From NCBI GenBank assembly GCA_900088475.1, contig FLMG01001143.1:1-64000 (forward strand): a stretch of DNA of 64,000 nucleotides, given 5' to 3'. This document shows, in pieces, positions 1 through 13,600 of this stretch. The notes under the pieces were generated by a model. That model was not told the DNA's origin. It did not search any database and saw nothing but the letters and a program-made list of their open reading frames with translations. The first letter of the stretch is position 1. Every line of letters starts with the position of its first letter. The translations under genes and the position numbers were made by a program. The stretch comes from Hyphochytrium catenoides. Taxonomy: Eukaryota; Protista; Hyphochytriomycota.

Positions 1-3000
1 AATCGAACCTCCAGTCAGACCATCAGCTGATGTACGACCTGCACGAACGTCGACCATGCCACCGACGGCATCCATGCTGTCTCCAACAGACAGTTGAATC
101 ATGCCCGCAGAACCGGAGAGAGCGTCACCGGAAGAAAGATGAAAAGCACCTGAGGGCCCTGTCGTGGCAAGACCTGTGCTCACCTCCACTCTGCCACTGA
201 CTCCAGATCCCGCTCGCGCTGTGTAAAGTAAAATGTTGCCACTATTTGAGGCAGTACCTACACCCGAGGATAGCACAACGTCACCACCGTACCCACTTCC
301 GTCTGATGTTCCACCAGCGGACAAATAGATTCTGCCACCAGAACCACTATCCCCTAGGCCAACAGTAACGTCAACATTGCCGCCGTGACCACCGAGCGCA
401 TTACCGGTCCCTAAATCAATCTGTCCTGAGGATCCCTGGCTAGAAGAACCCGTAAAAATCCGTATTCTGCCGCTCACCCCATTTACCGCATCGGGAGAAG
501 ACACCACAACTCCACCACTATTTGCAGATGTTCCAGAACCGGATCTGAGGGCTAAAAGCCCACCACTTCCAGAAGCGGCGGAGGTGTCCCCAGAGATAAT
601 ATTTATAGCACCACCGGTTGACAGGGTACCGGTGCCAACCGATAATGTAATAGCTCCTCCACCACCAATAGTAGAGCCACCTGTGGATAGTATGATCGCC
701 CCGGACGTTCCAAAAGATGCCGAGCCACTGCTAATAGTAATAGACCCGCTCACGCCCATTGTTCCAGCATCAGAACTGCCCATGGTAACATAACCGCTGC
801 TTGTGCCATCACCTGCACCAGAGAAAAACTTAACGTCACCTCCCCAGCTAGTCTGACCTACACCACCCCCAACGGACACAGCTCCTCCCTGTCCGCCGGA
901 TGGCCCGTTACCTCTACCTCCCATCAATCTCACGAGACCGCCTGATGTTCCAGCAGCAGTTGTTACACCTGCTGTGATGCTAACGTCGCCGCCACTGCCC
1001 ACAACACCATCCCCGACCTTTAGCATAACATCACCCCCGGCACCGTCTGCCAGGGATGCGCCTGTAGAAAGGTTAATGGAGCCTGATGAGCCAGCAGAAG
1101 CCGAACCTGTGGAGAGAGAAAGTTCTCCACTGACACCGGTGACGCCGGAATTGGCTGTGCCCAGCACAGTATCGCCACTGTTGCCTAATACGCTTGAGCC
1201 TGACAACAAGGTCAAACCACCACCAGAAGCCACCGCTGATAGCCCACCGTGGATGGAGACAGAACCTCCATCACCTTGAGTAGACCCTTTTCCTTCACCC
1301 CCAGTTAGAGAGATAGGACCGCCACCATAGCCATCGCTAAGGGCTTGACCAGCCTTTATCTCGATGATGCCGCCTTGGCCATTGCCGCTGTCCCCAACAG
1401 ATAGTTGCATTGGCCCACCAGGGCCTGACACGGCTCGGCCGGTCGAAAAAAGTAAAGAACCTGACGAATGTCCTAATGCCAACCCACTGCTTAGTACTAT
1501 TCGACCGCTTCTTCCGTTGTTTCCTGACTTGGCTGTAGAGACCAAAATGTCACCACTGCTTGAACTGGCGCTCGCACCTGAAGATAGGGCAAGGACACCT
1601 CCATACCCAGCGCTGTCTGTTGTGGGTCCGGCTGATAGGTAGACGCTTCCTCCATCGCCAATGTCACCACCACCAACAAAGACTTCCACATTTCCCCCAC
1701 TGCCATTCGCTGCAGTGCCTGTTCGAAGACTTATTTTGCCAGATTTTCCTGCAGCCGCGGACCCAGTATGAACAAAGATATCTCCACTAATCCCAGCTAA
1801 AGCGGTGGAGGATTCAACAGTAACAGTACCACTATTTGCAGAAGTTCCAGCGCCGGTTTTCAGGGTAAGATGGCCGCCTCTACCTGATGAAGCAGTGGTG
1901 TCACCAGCTATTACATCAATGTTGCCTCCGAGTCCATCGTTCCCTTCCCCGACAGATAAGGCAATGCGGCCTCCCGCACCTGATAAGGAACTGCCAGTAG
2001 TAAGAACAATTGATCCGGAAGTTCCTACCGTTGCGATGCCGGTGCTCAACGTCATCCAACCGCTCACGCCTGCTGTACCCGCTTTGGCACTGCCAATACT
2101 CAGGGAGCCACTACTTGACGTAGAGCCCTGTCCGCTAACTACTCGGATACCACCACCCCAACTTGTTTCTCCAACACCACCTTCCAGGACAATCTTCCCT
2201 CCGTATCCGCCATAAGCGCTACTACCCAGACCACCATATAAACCAACAATCCCTCCCGACGATGATGTGGAAGTTGTCAGGCCAGCAGTGAGAGTGACAG
2301 AGCCGCCGTCGCCGGTGACGCCATCCCCTACGCTCAGCTTTATGTCGCCACCGACTCCATCGGCCGTGGCTATGCCGCTTTTAACATAAATGGCTCCTGA
2401 AGTCCCTGAGGTGGCTGCACCGGTAGTTACAGCCAGCTTCCCACTCACCCCTTTTATACCAGCATTCGCCGTGCCAAACGCGGCATTACCGCTACTGCTA
2501 CCAGTGCTGGATCCGGACATTAGCGACATGCTGCCACCGTGATCTACCGCAGACAAGCCTCCGCTGAGATATAGGGAACCTCCGACACCTCCAGTGTATC
2601 CTTCCGCTTCACCGGCATCGATGTATATGGACCCTCCGTCAAAAGCATCGCTCACGGCTCGTCCGGCCCTCAGGCTGATAACACCGCCTGAAGCAGCATT
2701 GCTGTTGCCAACATAGAGATGGATGTTGCCTCCCGAGCCGTATACAGCCTCACCACTGGACATCAAAAGAGAACCCGAGGAACCGCCGAAAGCCGTCCCA
2801 CTACTAATCTCAATGAGGCCACTTGCTCCCGACAACCCCCCCGTGGCAGTGTGGACAAGTATGTTGCCGCTATTCAAGGCTGCACCTTGTCCTGAAGACA
2901 GGAGAATATCTCCCCCGGTCCCAACAGCGTCAGATGTGAAACCAGCGGACATCCGCACACGGCCTCCATTGCCTAAGTTTCCGCGTCCAACGGAAACATC

Positions 3001-4624
3001 AACATGGCCCCCCCTGCCATTGCTGGCAAGACCAGTGTATAGACCAATCATGCCAGAGTTGTCTACGCTAGAGGACCCTGAACGAAGCCAGATTGAACCA
3101 CTAACTCCAGCCATGGCATCAGACGACGCAACCTCCACGTCACCACTATGGGTGGACACTCCAGAACCACTTCGCATTGTAAGACGGCCTCCTGTCCGTG
3201 AGGAAGCAGTCGTATCCCCAGATATGATTTCAATATCACCCCCCACACCAGCGGTGGCTTGTCCAACAAATATTCCGATGGAGCCTCCACTACCAGATAA
3301 GGAGCTGCCTGTAGACAGTACGATAGAACCGGAGGTACCTAATGACGCCACACCACTGCTGAGTGTGAGCCATCCGCTGACGCCCGCAGCGCCAGCATTT
3401 GCGCTTCCTATGGTCACAGATCCACTGCTTGTCATTAGTCCGCTGCCAGTCAAAAAACGAAGAGCACCTCCCCAACTTGTCTCCCCTAGTCCACCATTGA
3501 TCCGCACAAACCCTCCCTTCCCCTCATAAGCGCCACTTCCAAGACCTCCTGAGATTGCGACATGTCCTCCGGACGACACACTTGCAGTCGTAAGGCCAGC
3601 TCTGAGAGAAATACTGCCACCATCACTTACAACGCCATGGCCAACGCTGAGATGGATGCTACCGGCTGCTCCGTCTGCCATTGATGCTCCCGTCGCCAAG
3701 CTTATCAAGCCAGAAGTACCAGAAGAAGCGCTGCCCGAAGCTAGCAAAATTGCGCCACTCACACCAGTCATACCAGAATCAGCAGTCGCTAAAACAGCAC
3801 TTCCGCTGCTGCTATCACTGCTCGAACCTGACAAAAGGGTCACTTTACCACCATAGTCCCCTGCCGAAGCGCCCCCTCGAATCGCAATAGAGCCACCAAG
3901 GCCTTGATTGTAACCCTGAGACTCACCTCCGGTAAGTAGAATCGCTCCGCCATCATAGCCGTCACTCAATGTCCTTCCAGCGGTCACTTCAATGACGCCA
4001 CCGGTTGCAAAGGTACTGTCTCCCACTGAGAGATGAATCATGCCTCCTGAGCCCGACAGAGCTGGGCCAGTAGAAAGAAGCAGTGCACCGGACGAGGAGC
4101 TCGTGGCTAAGCCACTGCTCAGCTCGAGTCGCCCACTACTACCAAAAGCGCCAGCTCGAGCTGTGTGGAGGAAGATGCTCCCACTGCCCAGCCCCATGCC
4201 GCGACCAGACGACAACGTGATGTCGCCACCATAGCCACCATTATCGAAGGTGGTACCAGCTGAAAGATAAACGCGCCCACCATTTCCGGAATCCCCTAGT
4301 CCCACAGCGACATCCACATTGCCTCCTCGGCCGACGACTCCCGTACCCGTCCGAAGCTCGATAGGGCCGGAGCTTCCCTGTGACGATGAACCGGTGTGGA
4401 GATGGATGGCTCCGCTTACGCCGCTTAAAGCGTCAGATGACATCAGGTATATTTCACCACTATTCGCCGAAGATCCATCTCCACTTCTCAAAAGTAGTTG
4501 TCCTCCTGTCTGAGAGGCTGCGGTAGTATCGCCAGCGATAATTCCAATATCACCACCAGTTCCCAGATCGCCCATGCCGACTTTGATTAGAATTGATCCA
4601 CCGGCACCGTTTTCGGCTGCTCCA
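1..4624 (-). repeat. Degenerate tandem super-repeat, period exactly 1314 nt (438 aa), ~3.5 copies, continuing off-window
   Basis: The Gly of the (A/S)GDT(T/S)A motif starts at 4533, 3219, 1905 and 591. The Trp of TSWGG starts at 3474, 2160 and 846. Every spacing is 1314. Confidence 0.93.
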
Positions 4625-7600
4625 NNNNNNNNNNNNNNNNNNNNNNNNNNNNNNNNNNNNNNNNNNNNNNNNNNNCGTGACCCGACCGCTAACACCAGAC
4701 GACCCGGATTCAGCTGACTCTATTGCAATGTTCCCACTTTGACTTATGGCACTATATCCCGAGGTAAGAAAGATAGACCCACCCTTTGCCCCAGAGGCAG
4801 ACGTGGTCCCGCCTAGCAATAAAATATCGCCACCATCGCCATCCAAATTAGCCCCCGACAATAAAGAAATGTCCCCGCCCTTACTGCTGGTTGCTGTCAC
4901 ACCGACCTCAAATGTCACGTCCCCAGCTTTCCCTTGCCCGGCACCGCCAGTTCTAAGGACCACATCTCCCGATGAGGATGCTGGAGCAGACCCTGATACA
5001 AGGTAGATTGAACCACTAACACCAGCCGTACCTCCATTCTCGGTTCTAATGTTGACGTCCCCGCTGCTGGTAGACGACCCATATCCACTTAGTATGGAGA
5101 CTTGACCCCCCGTTGAATATAAGCTATTGCCCGCAGATAAGTAGAGAGAGCCGCCGGCACCCGTAGTGGAACCGCCAACCACGACAGAGACACTGCCAGA
5201 CGATCCACTGTTCGCAGTACCTGTAGTGATGATGATTGCTCCCGAGTCTCCCTGTGTAGTGCTTCCAGTTGTGAGTTTAATGGCACCACTGACGCCAGCA
5301 GTTCCTCCGGCTGCGGTACTGATAGTGACGTCTCCACTACTGGTGCTTGATCCGAAACCACTTGTGATAGAGATGGCCCCTCCTGTAGATGTGTCGGAAA
5401 CTCCACCCTCAACGGAAACTCCTCCAGAAACTCCTACCTTACCACGACCAGATTTGACTAATATTGGCCCACTAGAGTTTGCGTCAGAGTCGCCCGTAAT
5501 GATGCTCACACCACCGCTACTCCCTACTTGACCACCCTTAGCTGTAACGATACGGACATCGCCACTGCGTGTAATGGAAGAACTACCAGAGGTCATTAGA
5601 ATTGAACCTCCAGCGTGCATGCTGCTTGTGCCGCCCGCCGTGATGTAAATGTGCCCACCTGTTGAGGCGCCACTCATTCCAACAGAGACGTTGACATGAC
5701 CTGCCGCTATTGCGCTAGTCCCAGTCCCCAATAAGAGCGGGCCAGAGACGCCGCCGCTTGCCTTGCCTGAGGTTAAATTGACAGCGCCACTCCCTCCCGT
5801 AGCGCCGCCATCCGCACTTCGAAGTGTTAGATCTCCACTGACAGAACGGACAGATGTTCCCGTGATCAAAGACACAGATCCTCCTCTGCCGACGAAGCTA
5901 CCGCCACCTACAATACGTACGGCCCCGCCAGCTGCAGGTATTGCGGTAGTGTCTCCTGCTTGAAGCGAGATATCCCCACCGGTGCTGGACGAAGCTGCTC
6001 CAACAGACAAGGAAATGGCTCCAGCTTTCCCCGTCAGGGCTTTCCCAGTCGTCAAACTCAACGTTCCAGCACCAACTCCGGATCCAGCACCGGTCACTAC
6101 AGAGATATTACCGGATGCGCCTGCTTCGCCTCCATCAGGAGTTGACAGTAGAATGTTGCCACTGCTTCCTCGAGAACTGCGGCCTGAGAAAAGGTTAGTG
6201 GCACCGCCAATTGCATGGGGAGCTCCACCTGCTATTAGCGTAACATTTCCGCCTCGGTTGATTCTTGACATTGTGCTGCCGGCATTCACTACGAATTGGC
6301 TACCTCTAGCGTAAGTGGTACTTCCCAGGTTGAATCTCACATCACCCCCAACGTCATAAACTGAGGATCCTGTTGTGAATACCATAGAACCAGCTCGTGA
6401 AGCTGTCGTATTCCCTGAGGTGAAGGAGATATTTCCTGAAGGTCCCATTGGGGAAGGGGAAGAAAGAAGAGATAGCTCTCCGCTCCCACCTCTGGTACCA
6501 TTACCTGACACGAGCGTTAGACCTCCACCGGCACCCTGAGAAGTTGCGCCGGCCTTCACGGACACTCGTCCGCCATTCCCTTTTGCCGTGTCTCCTACGC
6601 TAATATTGATGTCTCCACTGCTACCGTCAACCGAGGACCCTACTAAAAGAGAGATGCCACCACTTTGGCCCGAGAGAGTTCCACCCGTAGCCAGTGAGAC
6701 GCTACCGCTACCGCCGCTCTTGCTTGCCTCTGGAGTGCGCAAACTGATGGACCCACTGTCCAGCTCTGTAGATGTTCCAGAAGTAAGGGAGATATAACCA
6801 GCTGTACCAAACGAGCTTGTTCCTCCAGTTATCTTGATTGCACCTCCTCTTGCTTTACCAGCACCGGCAGCGAGGTGGACGTTCCCACCGAGCCCTTGAA
6901 GGGCCCCACCGGACGACAACACAATTTGACCCGATGCCGCAATACCGTCACCGGTAGCTACCCTCACATCTCCACTGGAGAAACCGCTTGGGGAAGCGAT
7001 CGTCAGATTCCCGCTCTCCTGTGCATGGCTTTGCCCTGAAAAAATAGTAGTGTTGCCACCTGATTCCTTCATGCTACTGCCTGCGCGTATCATAATCCCG
7101 GACCCTCGCTTGTCCCTACTAGATCCTGCGATAAGCTGGATAGCTCCCCCGAGACCACTAACTGAGTCACCCCCTTTTACTGAAATGGTGCCCGCATCCC
7201 CCGATATGGCATCACCACTCTCAAGAGCAACTCCTCCTGTTTGTTCGCCAGTCTTGGACGAGAGTTTTACAACTCCAGAGCGGAACCGATCACTGGACCC
7301 CCCAGCCATTATAGCCACAGAGCCCCCGTTGGCAGTGGAGGAGCTCCCAGCTACCATTGTGATGCTTCCAGCATGTCTGACCGAATCTCCCACTCGAATG
7401 TCAATGTTCCCTGACGAGTTATGGCGACTTATTCCAGTAAGAAGACTGACGTTCCCTGTGTCTCCCAAATTTGACATTCCCGTCTCGATCGCAATAAATC
7501 CCGTCCTGCCCTCGGTTCCATAGGCAGTTTTGAGGGTCAAATGACTGCTCCCACCATAGGAACTGCGGCCCGAAACTATATTTATGCTACCGCCACCTGC

Positions 7601-10600
7601 CCCGTTGCCACCCATGAGAGACAGAGATCCAGCCGGTCGATGGTGAGCTGCTTTGGAGCTATTACCACCTGCCAAAAGTAGATCGCCAGCTGATGACTGG
7701 AACCCAGAAGCTGTCCCAGTCTTGATCTGTACCATACCAGAGGAACCCATCCGTGATTCGGCAGAAATTATCTTTATGTTACCTGTTGCTACGTCGGAGC
7801 TCCCTGTTGTAACTAATACTGCTCCCGATGGTTGTCTTGGGGAGGAACCAGTCTCAAGCCGTGCTTGACCGGATCTTCCACTGTTCCCGGACGCAGATGA
7901 CACCTGAACTGACCCGCTACCTCCAAACATACTCTTCCCGCTTAGGACTAGAACATCTCCTCCCCCTAGTTTTCGGCCTGCGCCTCCCTTGATGAGCACA
8001 GCTCCGCGCCGCTCTGATTGGCCATCCCCTTCGCCCGCCTCAATGGAGACGCTTCCTCCTGAAGCCTCCGTCGAGAGTGAGTTCCCAGAGGCAATTAATA
8101 TAGATCCCCCCTGTCCATAACTGGAGTTCCCGCTAAGAATCTCAATTGAACCAGAGGGCCCTATGCTTGTCCGACCGGAGCGGAGTAGTAATTTGCCGCT
8201 TGAGGACGACGACTCGCCAGTCTCAACCTTGAGACTGCCTGAGATTGCGGACGCTATTGAGGTGGACAGTTTTACATGGCCTGAATTTAGCCCTGTGCCA
8301 GAACCGAGATTTAAGACTCCACCATCACCTGAGATACTTGATCCTGATGATACATTTACTGACCCTCCGAAACCTCTTTCAGTCAGACCAGCAAAGACTT
8401 CCACTGATGCATAAGGCTCCTTGTGGACCTCAGATTGTCCAGTGGTAAGCCGGATTGCACCTGCAGCGGCTGCTTTTCCTGTCGCTACTACAAATGAGCC
8501 AGAAGCAGTGTACCCGTTTCCGGTTGCCAGCTTGATCACCCCTGACGAACCCCTCTGTGATGCACCTGATGTGATAGACACAGATCCGCCACTTCCGGTA
8601 CCTGAGTTGCCAGAGGCTATCCTCACTTTCCCTCCAGACTGACTCTGCGACATCCCTCCCGTCACATCAACGGCGCCAGCTTCGACAATGGGGGATTGGT
8701 TGTCACCTGCTGCAACCTTGATGTGACCCGATTTATAGGCTTCCGTCGTCGTGGACTCTGTGGAGATTACGATATCGCCGGCACTATCAGACCCTGAAGA
8801 TGCTTTCACCATGACCGACCCAGAGCGGGAGGCTCGTCCAGACTCCAAATTAAGATCGCCGGAAGCACCTCCATAAGCAATACCAGATCGCAAGATTATT
8901 GTGCCGCTGGCTGCAGCTTTAGACCCAGAATTGCCTGTAGACATAAGTAGGTCTCCACTTTGTCCTTCCTTGGCCGACCCGGAGCGCAAAGTCAGCGTCC
9001 CGGAGCTCGTCATGGCAGGTCCGCTTGAAAGGCTAACGATCCCGCTATCCCCGCGACTGCTGCTGGCCGACTCAATTAGTACAGGGCCAGAAGCTTGCAA
9101 GCCTGGTCCGCTGCTGGTGGCTACCTTTCCGCCGACTTGAGTTCTGCTTCCTCCTGCGTTAAGGAGTAGATCGCCACCTCTTCCTCTCCGAGCAGCTCTA
9201 TTGGTTGATTCTCCTGCACTAATGAGAACTAGCCCTCCGGATGCGCCAGAGGCAGAACTCCCCATCACCTTCAAAGTTCCGGGACGCTGCGCACCACCAA
9301 CACGAAGCAGCATATTCCCTCCAGTGCCATCTTGAGCATGACCAGTTTCAATAGAGATAGTGCCACTGAGCGCTGCGGTGCCCGACTGGATTTGTATAGA
9401 TCCGCTGCTCAGGGTATCATTGGCAGAGGATAATGTAATCCTTCCAGAAAAAGAGCCTCTTTCGCTTTTGCCCGACACTAGAACAACGGAACCACCGCTG
9501 AGACGGCCAGATCCACCCCTTAATTCTGCGTCCCCTCCCTGGCCGGCGTTGTCTAGACCAGCTCCCCCAAGAAGCTTGACCTTGCCGCCAATATATCCGG
9601 CATTTCCTGCAGCTATAGCTACAGTGGAACCAAGCGCAGAGCCGGAATGCCCAGAGCTGATTCTTACCTCCCCACTATTGCCCTTCGTCGAAGCTCCTGA
9701 GGAGATATGCACATTTCCGGCCCTCTCTCCCTCAGCAGCGGTGTTACCAGAACTTAAAAGAAGCCCACCGCCTCTCGTGTCTGATTTCCCAACTCTGATG
9801 TAGATGGATCCGGAACCATGATAAGCAGGTCCGGTGGAGAGCTGTATGCTACCGCTTCGCGTCGCTCGCCCGGTGGACAATGTTAAGCTACCGGAGTTAT
9901 CCAAACCGCTACCGGACCCAAGATTAACACTTCCAGAGTCATGGCGTGAAGTGCCTGATTGAACTTCTATCGCGCCACTTTTATCCGAAGCGTCACCTGT
10001 CAAGAGGGATACACCGCCACCGTTGCCGTTCGATGAGGCGCCCGCGGTCATTTTGAACAACCCACCATTTAACGCTCCTGAACCAGCAAGTAGGTGAACA
10101 TCACCTCCTTTGCCTAGATTGGAGTTACCTGAGGCAACCGTCACCGAACCTGCCCCTTCAGATCTTGATTCACCAGCCGACAGATATATAGAGCCTGAGG
10201 TGAAAGAAGACCCAGTATGGGCAAGGATGTGACCACTTTGACCAGAGGTACCATTGCCTGTCAGCAGAACCAGGCTTCCTGACTCAGCGCCGTCTCCTGA
10301 CCCTAGCAGCACCTCCCCAGACATGTAATGTTCATTATCTCCTGATCTGACACTCAACCTTCCAGATGTCATTTCTAGGCCGAGCCCGGAGGAAATCATA
10401 ACTCTTCCTCCTTCATGGCCATCGCCAGACGACAAAAGCAGACTTCCACCTCGGGAGCCAGAGCTTTTTGCGTTACCAGAAGATAGGATCACTGCTCCAG
10501 GGGCATCCAGGGCATCACCAGAGCCTAACACCACAGGTCCGGAGCCCAGGTGCCCGTAACTGCCCCTAATAAGGATGCCTCTCGCAACCCCACGCTGTGA

Positions 10601-13600
10601 CTCTCCAGTGGTGATTGATACTTGTCCGGAGCCATGCCTAGAGCTTGCTGATCCCATTGCAATTCTGCCTGATCCCTCAACGTCTTGTCCTTCCCCTGAC
10701 ACTAAGGCTACTGATCCCCCTTCACCTGCTTCACCACTCCCACCACGGATAACGACTATCCCTCCCTGGCCGGTTTGCGATACACCGCCGCCGATGTCAA
10801 CGTTCCCACCTGCACCTCGTTGGGTGCTACCAGCTGTTAGACGTACACTACCTCCGCTGTATAACTCAGAAGAGTTTCCCGCAGCAAAAATTGCATCACC
10901 CCCGCGGCCAGAGTTAACGTTAGAGCCACCGGTAACAACGACGTGACCGCCGGAGGTCCCACGACCTCGAGAGCTGCCAGCAGATATTGTGACCTTCCCT
11001 CCTGACTTTATGTTGGACTTACCCGAGTTAATGACCACGGCACCTGCCGATGACCGACCATCCCCTGTGGACAGTAATAAGACTCCGCTCGCATCAGCTC
11101 CCGCACCTGTAGAGAGCACAACCCGCCCGGAAGTCCCTTCCGCAGCACCACCGGAACCCATTCCGATATCTCCGGTAGAACGTCTGGAGGCGGCAGTTTG
11201 CACCACAATAACGCCAGAGGAGATAGCCGATTGCCCACTTTGGGCTAAGAGCGCGCCGCCATAACTATGCCCAGAAGTATTGCCTGCCTTCAGGTAGAGG
11301 TTGCCAGGGCTCACAGCTCCATTTCCTGAGGTAAGAACGGCGTCGCCTCCAACACGAGACTCAATCGACGGCTCTCCCGCAGAGAGCAAGAGATCACCAG
11401 AGACTCGCGCAGACTTCGACTTGACCGAAACGGTTCCGGATTGGCCCCTGACATGTGAGGAGCTCGTTATCTCGACATTTCCACCTCTACCCTCAGGGTC
11501 AATGCTTCTTGCGGATTGCAACTTCACATCTCCCCCCTGCAGGCCCGCTCCTCCAGACAAGAAAACGGTCCCACCAGTGGATTGGTCGCTGCTACCAGCT
11601 ACCATCTGCAGTGTGCCACCCTTATTCCGACCGGTTGGGCCACCGACCAAAGTAACCGCTCCGGCGCTCATGGCATCTGGACCACGTCCGGCAGCTATGG
11701 TCACAGATGCACCCTCGCCAGACTTGAGATCAACATTCCCCCCACGAGCACCTCTGGAGTTCAGCCGATTGCCACCCTTGATTGTAATGGACCCCGGAGA
11801 GCTATAGCCGTCACCTGCAGCAACCAACACGTCCCCTGCCACATCCTCTATCGAACTGCCCGTGATTAGCTTTAGATCTCCACTTCCTTTTGCGCCTTGA
11901 CCTGTGGCCATAATCACCTTGCCTGATTCGCTTTGTTCAGAATCATGAGATATTATCGCCACATCTCCAGTCCTGCCAAAGCTACTGGCTCCTGACAGCA
12001 GTGAAATCGCCCCACCTACTGCTCCACTCTCCGTATCACCAGCTTGAAGGGAGATTTCACCACCATCACCAGAGGAGGCCTTACCTACAGCTACAGCAAT
12101 CTCACCCCCAGCGCCATCTAACAAGCGTATAGTCAATAACCAGCACCGAAACACTGACCTTGATATAAACAGGGTTACTGACCTGAAGAGTCTCCGGATC
12201 TAATGGATATGACGCCACTTGACCCTCGTGTGGATTGACCGGTCCAGATAGCGATTGGACCAGAAGCACTCTTAGAGGAGGCACCATACCAAGTGCCAGC
12301 GTCAGCTGTGTTGACATGTAGCCCTGCTCCAATCTCTTCTGAGTTTTTCTCGTAGCGATATCGCCTTTGATGTGCTTGGAGCCCAGCCATAACGTCCACA
12401 AGGAGCGCCTGGGTGTCAATCTCATGAAAGTCTCCTAGAGTAAAGTTCTTCTCGGGTAGCTCGTAGTGAGAGACAGTAACGTGCTCAGGAAAAACTTCGC
12501 GCAACTGCTGTGCGATGACCCCTCGGACAAGAATATCACCCTTTCCCCTGATTTTGCGCCATGTCTCGCTATATCTGTATTGTTTCATCTCTATGCCTTG
12601 GAAGCGTTGGTAGATCTCATCTTGATCCATATCTTCAATATCTTCCTTGATTCTTCGATCTGAAGGTGTCATTATCTCCGGTAGTTGTGCTCGAACGTGG
12701 GAAATGAATCTGCATAGAAGATGTTACCGGAGGCCACTTAGAGACACGACGATTATACATGCACCCACCTGTCCTTCTGGAATCTGAAGTTTACTCCTCC
12801 TAAGCTTGCAGCATCTGTGTGGCCTATGAGTACTTCTCCTTCTTCATGGACGGACCGAATATTGACGTTGTACCCTGAGGTTAGCTCCACGTCTGATTCA
12901 TTGGCACTCTTCATAGTAATGCCTCCATCTTCATCCATTCGCATGGAGCCATTCCCTCTGGCGCTTCCAATGAAAACAGCCCCGGAACGCCCGTCGGAAG
13001 TGCTCCCGGCTATAATGGATACCTCACCGGCAAAATGGCCAGACGTGCTTGACCCGCCACGTATTTTTACGTCGCCTCCATTGAGGCCATCTCCTCCATG
13101 TAGCAAGAGGGCACCGCCCGGGCTAGCGTCATTTGAAGACGCTTTAATCTCAACCGCAGATCCCTCGGTCGACGTCGACACTCCAGACTTTACTATCACT
13201 NNNNNNNNNNNNNNNNNNNNNNNNNNNNNNNNNNNNNNNNNNNNNNNNNNNNNNNNNATTCACAGCTACACCTGATATGAGACTTATGGAGCCCCCATTC
13301 CATCCAGCAGAACCACTAGAGAGATGAAGATCTCCTCCCATATGCCCGCCAGAGCCTGCTTTGATGCTTACTAGACCTCCCTGAGAGGATGAGTCTCCCG
13401 CAGTCAAGAGTACAGGCCCCGCTCTGGACCGGGTACCATTCCCCGAATTTAAAGACAGGGCTCCTGAGGAGAAACCTGATGGCGTCGCAATTTGCACTTG
13501 TCCACTTGATGTGCTGCCTGCTCCGGATAGAATCTCAACCGACCCACCGCGGTGGGTATGAGATTGTCCGGCTTGAAAGCTGACAACGCCAGACGTTCCG

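Noticed and set aside
4550-4675. Apparent stop/frameshift of the 2534-aa ORF (pseudogene?)
   Set aside because: The frame change falls at the N-gap 4625-4675, and the repeat continues stop-free in another frame, so it is a gap-size artefact.
12175-13199. Prophage or bacterial contamination suggested by the S74 domain and adhesin-like repeats
   Set aside because: The gene has spliceosomal introns like its neighbours, a eukaryotic signal peptide and PSI domains, and no other phage genes are present.
13150-13257. Apparent end of the 2839-aa ORF
   Set aside because: Same artefact at N-gap 13201-13257; repeat coding resumes immediately in another frame.
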